48,985 nucleotides of DNA from Methanobacteriota archaeon (GTDB taxonomy: Archaea; Thermoplasmatota; Poseidoniia; Poseidoniales; Thalassarchaeaceae), in contig PBBV01000008.1 of the NCBI GenBank assembly GCA_002717835.1, forward strand, positions 2,152-51,136. The letters are read 5' to 3'. Below the pieces are notes generated by a model. That model had not been told where the DNA came from. It ran no database searches and was given only the letters and a program-made list of their open reading frames with translations. Position 1 is the stretch's first letter. Each line of letters begins with the position of its first letter. A program made the translations under genes and the position numbers. This document shows positions 1 to 9,840 of this stretch, in pieces.

Positions 1-3000
1 TTTGCCCCTCGACGGCAAGGTCTATTCTATCTCTCAGGATTGCTACTGAGCCTTCTACTATTTCTCCAACCTGATATCCTTCTGGACGTGCCCATTGCTG
101 GCTGAGTAGTATGTCCACACGGCTTTGAACTAGAATCTCCACGTCTACGAAAGAGCCGTTAATCACAGGGGCCGTCTCGATCTGACACCCTCCCGGAACT
201 GATCGAGTTGGCTCATATGCGATTCTAACTGTCCTGAAGCCCTCGAGCTGATCACCACTTGGATCTACGCCGCGCTGACTTGGATTGTCTTCTTTGTCGC
301 CGGAGAACCACTCTACTGAACCTGTACCGTCATTGGTACGGGCAGTGGCGAATGGTCTCGTATTTGTCTCGGGATCTAGATAGACGTTCAGGCATTTCCC
401 TCCAACAGGGTTACCATTCACCTGAGTTAGTCTGGCATCGAAGTGGAAAGACTCTTTCAGATACAAAATGGGGAATGTGCTGCCATTGGCGAATGTGTAC
501 GTATCAACGTCATTTCTGAAAGGTCCTATCTCAATCATCTGAAGTGTTGAATTGGAGTACACTGGGAACAACATCGTCTTGGTCGCGTTGAGGTATCTGT
601 AACGATCTGCATTCTCCCAAGAATTGTATCTGACTTGGACTTTCGCTTGGCCGGCTTGGACGCCCTCCAAAGAGCACATTATCTCAAAGAAGCCGTTTAT
701 GTCTGTAGTCCCTGGCAGACAAGTTCTGATTCCAAGTTGGCTGCCTAGCATCTCATAATCTACTTTGACGTTCCTAAAGCTCAAGTTACGTCCTAGTTCG
801 TCTACCAGTTGCCCTGTTACTATCATTGGTTTTTGTATCGATTCGCCTGTTAGAGGGTCAGCCTCTGAGGTGTAGACAACTTGCTCGTCGACGCTCAAAG
901 AGGTCTCACCGAGAAGATAGAATCCTTCTTCTTGGAACTGGAGGACCCTGCGATAGTGGTCGTTGTACAGGTCTTGTGTACATTCATCCCACGCACCGGC
1001 AATTTCAAGCGCGTTGGGCCCCAATGGTCCGCAGCCCTCATGGGGTAAATTCTCATTAAATCTGAGAATCACATTAACCGGCCCGAAACCATCGGGAAGG
1101 AAAGATTGAGCATCAGACGTGAGTATCTCAGGATCGAGGGTCATCTGATGGGTTATCGCGCCTGCGCTTGGACAAAGATTGTCAACTATTTTTCTGTGGA
1201 CGCGGTCTTCGAAGTCTAATCCTTCAAGTATGAGGGTCACAATGCCTCCGTTCTCGCCGCATCCATCTAGCGCCTGACCGGAATCCTTCTCAAATGCTGT
1301 ACGATTATCGTCAGTCACCTGAGCGGTGAAATACCAATCTTGCCCACTCATTAGGGGTCCTGAAACACTGGATTGCAGATCGATATACGTGCGAGAGACC
1401 ACCCAGAGGTCTGTTTGGCCCTCTGATGATTGATGCAGCATATCTCCGGAATAGGTGTATGAGAGGGTGAATGCCCCCAGAGGATGGTCCTGACCGATCG
1501 TAAGGTTCACTCTGAATATTCCATTCTTGTCCGTGGAAGTGAGGCCGTTTGATCCGTCTGCGTCCCATGAATAAGTGACTGGCACCTCCCTAAGCGGCTG
1601 TAAGGAGTTGTCGACGAGTCTGACTTCGACTGTCCGATTGACGCCCCTGTATAATCTAGCATCTTCTACAGGCAAGAACTGGCTCGTTCCGATGACTGTG
1701 ACATTCACATAAGCTCCGGTTGATGACAGTATTGAAGATTGATTTCCAGTGAAATAGAAGTTGGAGTTGGTGAAATCCGCTTTCACGCCATAGGTACCAG
1801 CAGCATATTGAGAATACCACGACCAATTATAGTCGAACTGCGCCTTGCCATCTACCATGTTGGGAACTCTTGCAAAGCCGGTTTCTTGGGCTCCTGCGAA
1901 GACGAGGTTCTGATCTAGGTCGACCTGAAGAGCAATGGCATCCTGAGCCCATGGTACAAATGTTCTATTGTACACCTCTCCTACGACTCTTAGAGACTCT
2001 CCTGTGAAGAGTTCAGGTATGATTTCACATCTGATGGGGCTGAATGGATCCGTTGGGTCAGCTGGTCCGCAAGGTGGAGCATTGAAGTCTCCTCCATTCT
2101 GCATTGCCACAGACCAGTGCGTGAGATTTGCCGAAAGGAATGGCCTGAGTTTGGCAGCTTCTCCATCAAGCCCGGAGCTAGTGCCATCCCAGAGTAATGG
2201 ATACGGCTTACCCAAACTGGCTTCTTCGTATGCTATTCCTGCGCTGTTCAAGGAGGGTGCGTGGAACAACGCCCTCCACGCCCCGAATGAAGATCCTGTG
2301 AATTGAGTTGCATCCCAAAAGTAAACCGGTCTTATCGAAGTAGTATACATGACGGCTTCAATGTACATTCTGTGCATTGAGCGAATGTAGAACGTTTCTG
2401 ACTCGCTTCCATTCAGATATGGGAATGGCCATTCAGCACCTAGATCTGGGCGTGAAAAGCCTATGAATTCGTAATCACCGACTGGAAGAGAGGTGTTGGT
2501 GTATGTGTATCTATCAACTACCTCATGTCCCTTGGCGTTGTCATCCCATACAATTTCCTCATAGCCGCCACTTGGTTGGCCTACGCCGTTGTCCATTGTC
2601 GAATTCCAACGAACCTGCTTCCAGAAGCCCTGTGCGCCCTGATCCTGGACGAATGTAAGGGATACCCACCCATTCGAATCAGCTCTGTATCCGAATCCAT
2701 ACCCATCGAACAAAGTGGGCACTGATCTGTTTCCGAATGGGCCTCCAGCTACAGTAAATGAAACTGGGGCGTGTTTGATTCGATTGTCGAAGATTCCTCT
2801 TTCCCAGTCTGCGTGATAGTGAACCTTGTAATCAACAAATAATGGCTGTTCATCGCTTCTGAAATAAGTCCACGAGACGTAATCAACAGTAGTATTTGCC
2901 CTTACCTCGAGCGGTGCGGGTGTGGAAGATGATCCGTCATGAGCAAACATCTCGATAACATCCGCTCGAAGATTATATCGCGTAGAGGGGCCTACCTCAA

Positions 3001-6000
3001 TGTCCTCGGGATAGAGATACTGGCCAACCGTGAAATTTCCTCCCTCATCTGTGAGTACTTCAACAGTCCTGAGCGTCTCTGTGGAGTTTCTCTGGTATTC
3101 GATGACTATTCTCACCGGCAGATCCGAACCGGGGACGAAAGCTCCTGTCTCGAGATCTAGCACATCCACCCTACCGGTGAATACTGCTGGAAACTGTGCG
3201 TCGAGCCAAACAGTCTGAATTGGATTTAACGTAATGCGGGTCGGTGGTTTGTCATCAGCGTCTAGGACGCAATCATTGTCGTTATCCCAGTCGCTGGCAG
3301 GGTACTCGGCCCCGCTGGAGTCCGTGCATGTAGCACCCTCTTCTAGATGGTCCCAATCAACATCGGGAATACCGTCTGTATCATCATCTTCATCGAGGCT
3401 GTCGGGCCCTGTTGATGCGTTCGCTGGATTGTGCAAACCTGCACCAGTGCCGTAGTCATCATGATCCCATGGATTGGTCGAATTCGTTCCGTATCTACTT
3501 GGCCAAAGCATAACTTCGTCTTCATCATTCATTCCATCTTCATCGTCATCGAGATCTATGTCATCACGGAGGCCATCGTTATCGTGGTCCCATGGGGCTA
3601 CAGGATGGGAAGATCCTCCTCCTGCTTGCTCTATCGTGTTGGATATCCCATCTCCATCCCAGTCAGTGTCTGCCCAATCAGGAATTCCGTCATTGTCGTG
3701 ATCCCAGGGGCTTTGTTCTTCGCCCCTGAAGCATATCAACTCTTGATCCGCATCCAATACACCGTTGTTATCATCATCTGGATCTTCGCCGTCGGGTACT
3801 CCATCGTTATCGTTGTCCACGTCATAGTATTGAGGGAATAGGAGGCCTTGACCGAGCCTACCTCTGTCCCAAACGGACTGGTACCAACCATCTCCATCAG
3901 GATCTGTATCTGTACCATCATCATCGTGATCATCGCAATTATATCCTGTGAAGAAGTTCCCCGGCGGCTCTGTGTTAGAATCGTCATCGAGATCGTCATT
4001 TACATCGATCTCAAAGAAATCCCATATGCCATTGTTATCGTCATCGACATCCCAGTGGTCGTAGACTCCATCGAAATCGTCATCTAAATCAGCAGTGTCA
4101 TTCGCCATACAAGACGGATTCAAAGTTCCAGTTACAGGGGCACCACAGTCGTCGTCTGGGTCCACGTTGTTATCTAGGAGGTCTGCTACTTCGTCTGGAA
4201 ACAGGTTTCCGTTGGGGTCTGCAACCCATTGGAAGAATCCGAAGTTGATGCCTACGTAGGCCGTCCAAAGATCTCTGTTATTGATCATCTTATCGAACCC
4301 AACGGCAGCAGAGGGGCCTGCATCTTGATTCCCAAGGAAGTCGAAGTGAAAGCAGTTCTGTTCGCAGGTGAAGTCGTTTATTCCAGCGGAATTCTCACCA
4401 CCATATGGGCCGTCAGTGTAGAGCGGATCTGGCCTTGATGAATAAGGCAGGGTAAATGGGACTCCGTTTACCGAGCTAGCGTCTGCCAGAGGGAATCCAT
4501 ATAGCCATGCGAGGGCGATTCCGCAGGCAGTTGGGCCCGCGGATAGCCCCAACAAGAATGCCATCGAAATATCGCATTCCCCGTCATCAAGAGACCCGCC
4601 ATATGCAGGGTCGTTGACATCATAACGGCCGTCTGATCCCTCATCACGGTCCCACCAATTGGGCACGCCATCTGCATCCATGTCAACATCGACGCCGTTG
4701 ACAAGTGAATCCCCGTCCATATCGATGTCGAAGTAGTTGTTGCCATTCCAAGGGCTCCATTTCATCATCACATGCCAATACATTTCCGGGACATTCCCAT
4801 TAGATACAATCGTAGGCGGGCCTAATGTGAAGTCGTCTTGGTAACCGTTGTACGGGAGGACGAAGCCATGCTCTTCGAAAAATGGACTGAAGTGCCAGAA
4901 CATATCCCAATGAAGAGTGCCTGTTCCGGTGTATAGGCCGCTGTCCGCGGATCCATCTATGGCGTCTCCGTCTTGTTGGGAGTACGAATTGTCGAACTGA
5001 TCGGTGTTGTCGTTGTCAACAATCCCACAATTTCCATCATCGGGGTCATATAAATCGGAAATTCCATCGTTGTCGTCGTCCCAGTCCTCATCATTGGATA
5101 GCCCATCGCCATCGATATCAGTGTCAATATAATTCAAACCGTCGTCCCTGTATCTTGATCCATTTAACAGATGCAGGTCATTATCGTCATCCAAATCGCA
5201 ATTCTCATCGATATCCAACCAATCTAAAACTCCGTCATTGTCGTCGTCTACATCTTCCCAGTTAGAGAAGCCGTCGCCGTCCCAATCATTGTTCCCAGTG
5301 TGTGATTTCCTTTCTGTAAGACAGCGTGGGTCTGGATTTATCGGGTTTGGATTCTGAAGCGTTTCGCAATTCCAGGAATCCAGTGTTGAAGTGGGTACCA
5401 TTGGATATGGATCATCTTGATTTGGGATTCCATCATTGTCTAAATCGTACGGGATATCGGCCAGATCGACTCCGGGATTACCGAGAAGGTTGTCTGCTGG
5501 GTCAGCAGCTCCAAGATCTGTGTCCTTCCAATCCCAGACGAGGTCATAATCTGCGTCTATGGCTCGATATGCGTCGTCATCAGCATCCCGATCATAATCA
5601 ATTTCGCAATCTACGCCTGGAACTTGACCGAACCAGTCATTGAATCCGTCTAGGTACTGGGACAAATCGCTTAGAACGTTTAGACAGTTGTCTGGTATGC
5701 CATCATTATCATCGTCAATGTCCCACATATCCAAGAGTCCGTCATTGTCATCATCTGTATCTGCAGAGTCTGGCGTTCCGTCATTGTCATTGTCTGGATC
5801 GATGAAATTAGGAAGTCCGTCGCCATCTAAGTCCCCGTCTACGATCTCATTAAACGAGGGATTGCGAGGATGCCAAAGGTTCTGTTCCTTAAATGCGAAG
5901 TCAAGCTTGTCTTTTCCGTAGGTGTCAAAGTCTAGATTGAATGCATCGGGGAAAGGTTCGCCAGTGGCAGCGAGGACGGTAATAATTCCATCACCTACTC

Positions 6001-7111
6001 CCCCTAGAACGGTGTCCGAGTATCTCCAAGTCCCTTCGGAATCGAATGTATGGCTGAATGATTGGCCTGTGGTCAATGTTCCGCTGTCGAAGGTTCCATC
6101 GGCTGAAACCGCGGAATGATTTTCTGTATCGTCATTTGTCCATGTGACCGTGTCCCCCACTTCGATCTCAAGGTCTGTATCTGAATATCCTGCAACTGTA
6201 ATAGAAATCTGATGTGTCTTGCTGGAAGCCCATGGGATCGCATCATCCCAAAAAGTAGCTGTTCCGGTGATATTGGACGTCTCGGAAGGATCCCAGGGGT
6301 GAGTGTCCCAAAGATCGATAACTCCATCGTTGTCATCATCTGAATCCCAATAGTCTTGCAGTCCGTCGCCATCGAAATCACATGGCCAAACGAATTGGTC
6401 GATGCGGGCATCGTTATCATCGTCCTCGTCATAGGAACCCTTACCGGAGCCATCGATATCTTCGTCAGTGATTCCATCATTGTCATGGTCCAGCGGGTTC
6501 TGATCGACTAGGTATCCAGACCCGAGTGCGAGACCTGTCCATGGATGCAAGATGCTTGGTTGTACGTACCGATCTGAGGTGACGTTCCACGGGTCTGTAC
6601 CTTGTGAGTAGTCGATCGGTCCCTCGAGAATCCCGTCGTTGTCATCGTCGAAATCAAATTCATCTTGAACTCCATCGTTATCATGGTCGTAAGGATCTGT
6701 TCCGTAGCACCCGTCGAATCGTTCGATTAAATCGGATATGCCGTCGTTGTCATCGTCGAGATCGTCCAAATCGTTGATGCCATCGTTGTCGTGATCTTCG
6801 GTCTCTGTCTCTTCGACCATGAATCGATAACCACCCTCAAGGAACGAAGTATCTGTTATTTGCCCGTAGAGTATGCCGGGATCAGACCAAGACATGTCTT
6901 GGAAGGCGGGATGGTCTGGGAGTAGCATGTGTTCGAGTGCTGGAAATGAAGAAGTGTCAACATCTGATGATTGGATTTGCTGTTGAGTCGGTGTATCCCC
7001 TGTTCCATTATCGAATGGTCCTGACTGGTCTCCGACCGCTATCATCGGCATCTGTACGCTAACCACCATCAAAACCACCAAAAGTAGGGATTTTGTGGTC
7101 CTGTTTCTCAT
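1..7111 (-). CDS. Giant secreted/surface protein (>2370 aa, 3' end beyond the window's left edge) with thrombospondin type 3-like DxDxDG Ca-binding repeats, a cupredoxin-like domain and C-terminal beta-rich Ig-like regions
   Basis: Absent from the ORF track because there is no stop inside the window. Manual translation from ATG 7111 (GGAGA upstream; alternative in-frame ATG at 7129) gives MRNRTTKSLLLVVLMVVSVQMPMIAVG (signal peptide), then many DHDNDGI/DDDNDGI/DLDGDGL repeats. The frame stays open to base 2 (...VAILRDRIDLAVEGQ). Many N-x-S/T sequons. Confidence 0.9.
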   Translation of the reverse strand, partial: MRNRTTKSLLLVVLMVVSVQMPMIAVGDQSGPFDNGTGDTPTQQQIQSSDVDTSSFPALEHMLLPDHPAFQDMSWSDPGILYGQITDTSFLEGGYRFMVEETETEDHDNDGINDLDDLDDDNDGISDLIERFDGCYGTDPYDHDNDGVQDEFDFDDDNDGILEGPIDYSQGTDPWNVTSDRYVQPSILHPWTGLALGSGYLVDQNPLDHDNDGITDEDIDGSGKGSYDEDDDNDARIDQFVWPCDFDGDGLQDYWDSDDDNDGVIDLWDTHPWDPSETSNITGTATFWDDAIPWASSKTHQISITVAGYSDTDLEIEVGDTVTWTNDDTENHSAVSADGTFDSGTLTTGQSFSHTFDSEGTWRYSDTVLGGVGDGIITVLAATGEPFPDAFNLDFDTYGKDKLDFAFKEQNLWHPRNPSFNEIVDGDLDGDGLPNFIDPDNDNDGTPDSADTDDDNDGLLDMWDIDDDNDGIPDNCLNVLSDLSQYLDGFNDWFGQVPGVDCEIDYDRDADDDAYRAIDADYDLVWDWKDTDLGAADPADNLLGNPGVDLADIPYDLDNDGIPNQDDPYPMVPTSTLDSWNCETLQNPNPINPDPRCLTERKSHTGNNDWDGDGFSNWEDVDDDNDGVLDWLDIDENCDLDDDNDLHLLNGSRYRDDGLNYIDTDIDGDGLSNDEDWDDDNDGISDLYDPDDGNCGIVDNDNTDQFDNSYSQQDGDAIDGSADSGLYTGTGTLHWDMFWHFSPFFEEHGFVLPYNGYQDDFTLGPPTIVSNGNVPEMYWHVMMKWSPWNGNNYFDIDMDGDSLVNGVDVDMDADGVPNWWDRDEGSDGRYDVNDPAYGGSLDDGECDISMAFLLGLSAGPTACGIALAWLYGFPLADASSVNGVPFTLPYSSRPDPLYTDGPYGGENSAGINDFTCEQNCFHFDFLGNQDAGPSAAVGFDKMINNRDLWTAYVGINFGFFQWVADPNGNLFPDEVADLLDNNVDPDDDCGAPVTGTLNPSCMANDTADLDDDFDGVYDHWDVDDDNNGIWDFFEIDVNDDLDDDSNTEPPGNFFTGYNCDDHDDDGTDTDPDGDGWYQSVWDRGRLGQGLLFPQYYDVDNDNDGVPDGEDPDDDNNGVLDADQELICFRGEEQSPWDHDNDGIPDWADTDWDGDGISNTIEQAGGGSSHPVAPWDHDNDGLRDDIDLDDDEDGMNDEDEVMLWPSRYGTNSTNPWDHDDYGTGAGLHNPANASTGPDSLDEDDDTDGIPDVDWDHLEEGATCTDSSGAEYPASDWDNDNDCVLDADDKPPTRITLNPIQTVWLDAQFPAVFTGRVDVLDLETGAFVPGSDLPVRIVIEYQRNSTETLRTVEVLTDEGGNFTVGQYLYPEDIEVGPSTRYNLRADVIEMFAHDGSSSTPAPLEVRANTTVDYVSWTYFRSDEQPLFVDYKVHYHADWERGIFDNRIKHAPVSFTVAGGPFGNRSVPTLFDGYGFGYRADSNGWVSLTFVQDQGAQGFWKQVRWNSTMDNGVGQPSGGYEEIVWDDNAKGHEVVDRYTYTNTSLPVGDYEFIGFSRPDLGAEWPFPYLNGSESETFYIRSMHRMYIEAVMYTTSIRPVYFWDATQFTGSSFGAWRALFHAPSLNSAGIAYEEASLGKPYPLLWDGTSSGLDGEAAKLRPFLSANLTHWSVAMQNGGDFNAPPCGPADPTDPFSPIRCEIIPELFTGESLRVVGEVYNRTFVPWAQDAIALQVDLDQNLVFAGAQETGFARVPNMVDGKAQFDYNWSWYSQYAAGTYGVKADFTNSNFYFTGNQSSILSSTGAYVNVTVIGTSQFLPVEDARLYRGVNRTVEVRLVDNSLQPLREVPVTYSWDADGSNGLTSTDKNGIFRVNLTIGQDHPLGAFTLSYTYSGDMLHQSSEGQTDLWVVSRTYIDLQSSVSGPLMSGQDWYFTAQVTDDNRTAFEKDSGQALDGCGENGGIVTLILEGLDFEDRVHRKIVDNLCPSAGAITHQMTLDPEILTSDAQSFLPDGFGPVNVILRFNENLPHEGCGPLGPNALEIAGAWDECTQDLYNDHYRRVLQFQEEGFYLLGETSLSVDEQVVYTSEADPLTGESIQKPMIVTGQLVDELGRNLSFRNVKVDYEMLGSQLGIRTCLPGTTDINGFFEIMCSLEGVQAGQAKVQVRYNSWENADRYRYLNATKTMLFPVYSNSTLQMIEIGPFRNDVDTYTFANGSTFPILYLKESFHFDARLTQVNGNPVGGKCLNVYLDPETNTRPFATARTNDGTGSVEWFSGDKEDNPSQRGVDPSGDQLEGFRTVRIAYEPTRSVPGGCQIETAPVINGSFVDVEILVQSRVDILLSQQWARPEGYQVGEIVEGSVAILRDRIDLAVEGQ

Positions 7112-7267
7112 TGTGAGATCTCCAATCATGCCAACACCGGGTATCGAGTTGACGTGGACACATATTTCAATCGTACCCGAATGGGGGCGAAGCGAGTATC
7201 ATGGATAGCATCAGAGTATCATCTCTGAATGAACGCGTTCATATCTTATCGATGTGGGCATCGTCTC

Positions 7268-7651
7268 GTGTCAGGCGGTAGGAGGACGCTGTTGAATGGC
7301 AAAATTCACCGGGCTACAGTTACACAGGCCGACTTGAATTATGTTGGTTCAATATCAATCGATGAAGATCTTCTGGATGCTTCGGGAATATGTGAATGGG
7401 AGAAAGTTGCAATACTGGATGTTACGAATGGTGCCCGTTTGGAAACTTACGCTATAAAGGCACCAAGAGGGTCGCGAGAGATTTGCATTAATGGTGCTGC
7501 GGCTCATTTGGTACAACCCGGAGACCTAGTCATTATACTGTCATATGTGGAGATCGAAGAGAAGTTTGTTAGCATTCACACCCCGAGAATAGTACTTGTT
7601 GATGGTGGAAATAATATTTCAGAAATCGTATCAGATGAATCAAATTTCTGA
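7268..7651 (+). CDS. panD: Aspartate 1-decarboxylase proenzyme (pyruvoyl-dependent)
   Basis: [12 protein letters not shown]|SISID self-cleavage site, [15 protein letters not shown] motifs. Start uncertain (GTG 7268 versus ATG 7229). Confidence 0.95.
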   Translation: MSGGRRTLLNGKIHRATVTQADLNYVGSISIDEDLLDASGICEWEKVAILDVTNGARLETYAIKAPRGSREICINGAAAHLVQPGDLVIILSYVEIEEKFVSIHTPRIVLVDGGNNISEIVSDESNF

Positions 7652-7661
7652 TACGGCTAAC

Positions 7662-8096
7662 TCATGGACGGTGGTAGGGTAAACCTCTGATTATGGTGGA
7701 TGCGCGATACAACTGTTCCAGCAGAACTACCGCTGCAAGCTCATGAGGGAGTGTTATTCTGCCTAATGACAGAGACTCATATTCTATTCCCTCAATACCG
7801 AAACCACCAGGCGGGCCTACAACTAAATGGGTGTCATTCCTTTGCATGGACCATTCGTTGAGACGCTCGGAATATTGCACGCTGTCAAGCTCTTCACCGC
7901 TTTCTTGGAGAAGTATGATGTTATGTCCGGGATACTTTTCTGAGATTTCTTTAAGGTACTTCTTCGGATCTGTTTTACTTCTATGCTCAACGAGCGTCAC
8001 CCCAGAAGAGGATAATCGATTGGCATATTCGGATATGGAAGCCCGAAAAGATGCGTTTTTTGCTCGGCCGTGAAGATGGACAACGACTCGTCCCAT
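7662..8096 (-). CDS. rlmH: 23S rRNA (pseudouridine1915-N3)-methyltransferase, SPOUT family
   Basis: VVGPPGGF, LSLGRITLPHELAAVVLLEQLYRA and C-terminal PYHR motifs. Start trimmed to ATG 8096. Confidence 0.85.
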   Translation of the reverse strand: MGRVVVHLHGRAKNASFRASISEYANRLSSSGVTLVEHRSKTDPKKYLKEISEKYPGHNIILLQESGEELDSVQYSERLNEWSMQRNDTHLVVGPPGGFGIEGIEYESLSLGRITLPHELAAVVLLEQLYRASTIIRGLPYHRP

Positions 8097-8154
8097 GGTG
8101 TATACTTTACAACAAGCGACTATAGCCATTTGTAATGACGGCGGTTCGGGAGAT

Positions 8155-8478
8155 ATGGGTTGGAAGTGGAGGTTCTGGCAAAAATCGAGTGGCAATATCG
8201 GTGATGGGCCCCACATCCTAGGCACCCGAATTTGGCTTCAGGAGTTACGAGAGCTCTGCGAGCGTTGCTTCGATAATCGAGAAGAGGGGCAGAGGCTTGT
8301 TCGAGAATTGCAAGTCGAATGGGGTGATGCTTGGAAGCGCATGGAGGTTGAGGAGTCATTGAAACAGGGGCTTGATCGTCGTGCATTGAGATTGATTAGA
8401 GCTAATGACTCAGAATGGTCGGATTGGCTAGACGATGAGCGTTTTTGGATGCCAGGATGGAAAGGTGAGGGATCATGA
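8155..8478 (+). CDS. Small Trp-rich helical hypothetical protein (107 aa)
   Basis: ATG 8155 preceded by GGGAGA. Stop overlaps the next start (ATGA). Fills the gap between rlmH and the next gene. Confidence 0.7.
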   Translation: MGWKWRFWQKSSGNIGDGPHILGTRIWLQELRELCERCFDNREEGQRLVRELQVEWGDAWKRMEVEESLKQGLDRRALRLIRANDSEWSDWLDDERFWMPGWKGEGS

Positions 8479-9203
8479 TATGGTGGATCTTTCTTTTCTT
8501 AGGAATAGGTGGATCGTGTTTTTGGCTTTCTTGGCACCAGCCTTTCCCTGAAATCTCTAGAAGATTCGCATACTTGGTACTCATGGCGGGCAGTGTTTTG
8601 TTAATTTCAGAACAGGCGCCAAGAGAAACCAGCGAAACTGTTCCGATGTATTTTGCACTCGGGCTCGGAGTTCTCGGGACGTTGAAAGGTTCCTGGGATA
8701 TGACCAGAACGATGCGCGATGTAATTGTTGCTCCCTTCGCGGGAGGAATGCTCTGCGTAGGCAGTGCTGCACTACTAGTTGGATGGTGGGATGAAGGGGG
8801 TACATACGAGCACATCAGTTCATTCATTCTTGTATCAGCATTGATCTTGATGGAAATATATCTCGTTTTCAAAGGATTAATCATTGGTGTGCCTGGTTTG
8901 AGCTGGTCTAAAGCCGGACTCAGACAGATACAACGTGGATTGCTGGATGGGCCATCAGGAGCCATATCATGTTTTGAGAGATCCTGGGACGCTGATGAGG
9001 AATGGCTTGGGGCGATGAGTCATGCGGCCTTAATCCGTATTTACAATCATCTCGACCAAGAAGAATTAGCGAACAACAGCGAGAGGTATCTTGAACAGTT
9101 TGGAGGTTGGGAGGTCGTTGATTCCGCATGGATAGAAGCGATAGACTCTGCATTGAATTCTATCTCAGAATCTGTGTGGTCTGAACCGATTGCTGATATG
9201 TAA
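8475..9203 (+). CDS. Hypothetical membrane protein (about 5 TM) with C-terminal helical, possibly TPR-like, soluble domain
   Basis: Several hydrophobic segments in the first 140 aa. ATGA coupling to the upstream gene. Confidence 0.75.
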   Translation: MIWWIFLFLGIGGSCFWLSWHQPFPEISRRFAYLVLMAGSVLLISEQAPRETSETVPMYFALGLGVLGTLKGSWDMTRTMRDVIVAPFAGGMLCVGSAALLVGWWDEGGTYEHISSFILVSALILMEIYLVFKGLIIGVPGLSWSKAGLRQIQRGLLDGPSGAISCFERSWDADEEWLGAMSHAALIRIYNHLDQEELANNSERYLEQFGGWEVVDSAWIEAIDSALNSISESVWSEPIADM

Positions 9204-9222
9204 GAATTGTTTCGGAAGACAC

Positions 9223-9840
9223 ATGGTTCGTATCACGAAAGTCCACACTGGCGGGGGAGATGGTGGGGAGACCTCACTTGTTGATGGAACTCGGGTTGGA
9301 AAGGAAAATCCCAGAGTGTCGATTTACGGAACGATTGATGAGGCAAATTCCTCCATAGGCGTCGTCCGAATGGAGCTTGACAGGGCTCCAACCCATGCAC
9401 CAGACGGCGGCCTGATGGCCGCACTTGTTCCCGTGTATGAAAGAGCTGATCGAATGCTTGGCAGAATACAACAAGAGTTGTTTGATGTAGGGGCCGAATG
9501 TGCTTGTCCCCCAGGGGGCGTCCCTGCGCAGATGTCGATTATTGGCGCAGATGCAGGTGTTCGACTGGTAGAAGAAATGGACTCAATGTTGGAGGATGTG
9601 GAACCATTACAATCGTTCATTCTCCCAACCGGTAATCCCGCTGTAGCGAATTTACACATGGCTCGTACGATCGTTCGAAGAGCTGAGAGAGAGGCCTGCA
9701 AACTGCGAGAGGAAATCAGATCCGAGGTAATTAGCTACCTCAACAGACTTTCAGATCACTGTTTTGTACTCGGACGGTGGCTCACAGCGAAGATGGGTGA
9801 AGATGAGACCCTCTGGACACCATTGGGAAAGAGGGTTTAA
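9223..9840 (+). CDS. pduO: ATP:cob(I)alamin adenosyltransferase, PduO/MMAB type
   Basis: TKVHTGGGDGGETSL, YGTIDEANS, IQQELFDVGA, FILPTG, ARTIVRRAER, YLNRLSD motifs. Confidence 0.92.
   Translation: MVRITKVHTGGGDGGETSLVDGTRVGKENPRVSIYGTIDEANSSIGVVRMELDRAPTHAPDGGLMAALVPVYERADRMLGRIQQELFDVGAECACPPGGVPAQMSIIGADAGVRLVEEMDSMLEDVEPLQSFILPTGNPAVANLHMARTIVRRAEREACKLREEIRSEVISYLNRLSDHCFVLGRWLTAKMGEDETLWTPLGKRV

Noticed and set aside
259-6486. The many 60-140 aa ORFs listed in 259-6486
   Set aside because: They are antisense or off-frame shadows of the giant minus-strand gene. Their Ser/Ile/Val- or Met/Thr-rich composition mirrors its Asp codons.
3250-6800. Recurrent gtcatcgtc/ccatcgtt DNA motifs as a possible CRISPR or tandem array
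   Set aside because: The units are degenerate at third codon positions and irregularly spaced, so they are protein-level Asp repeats. No cas genes are present.
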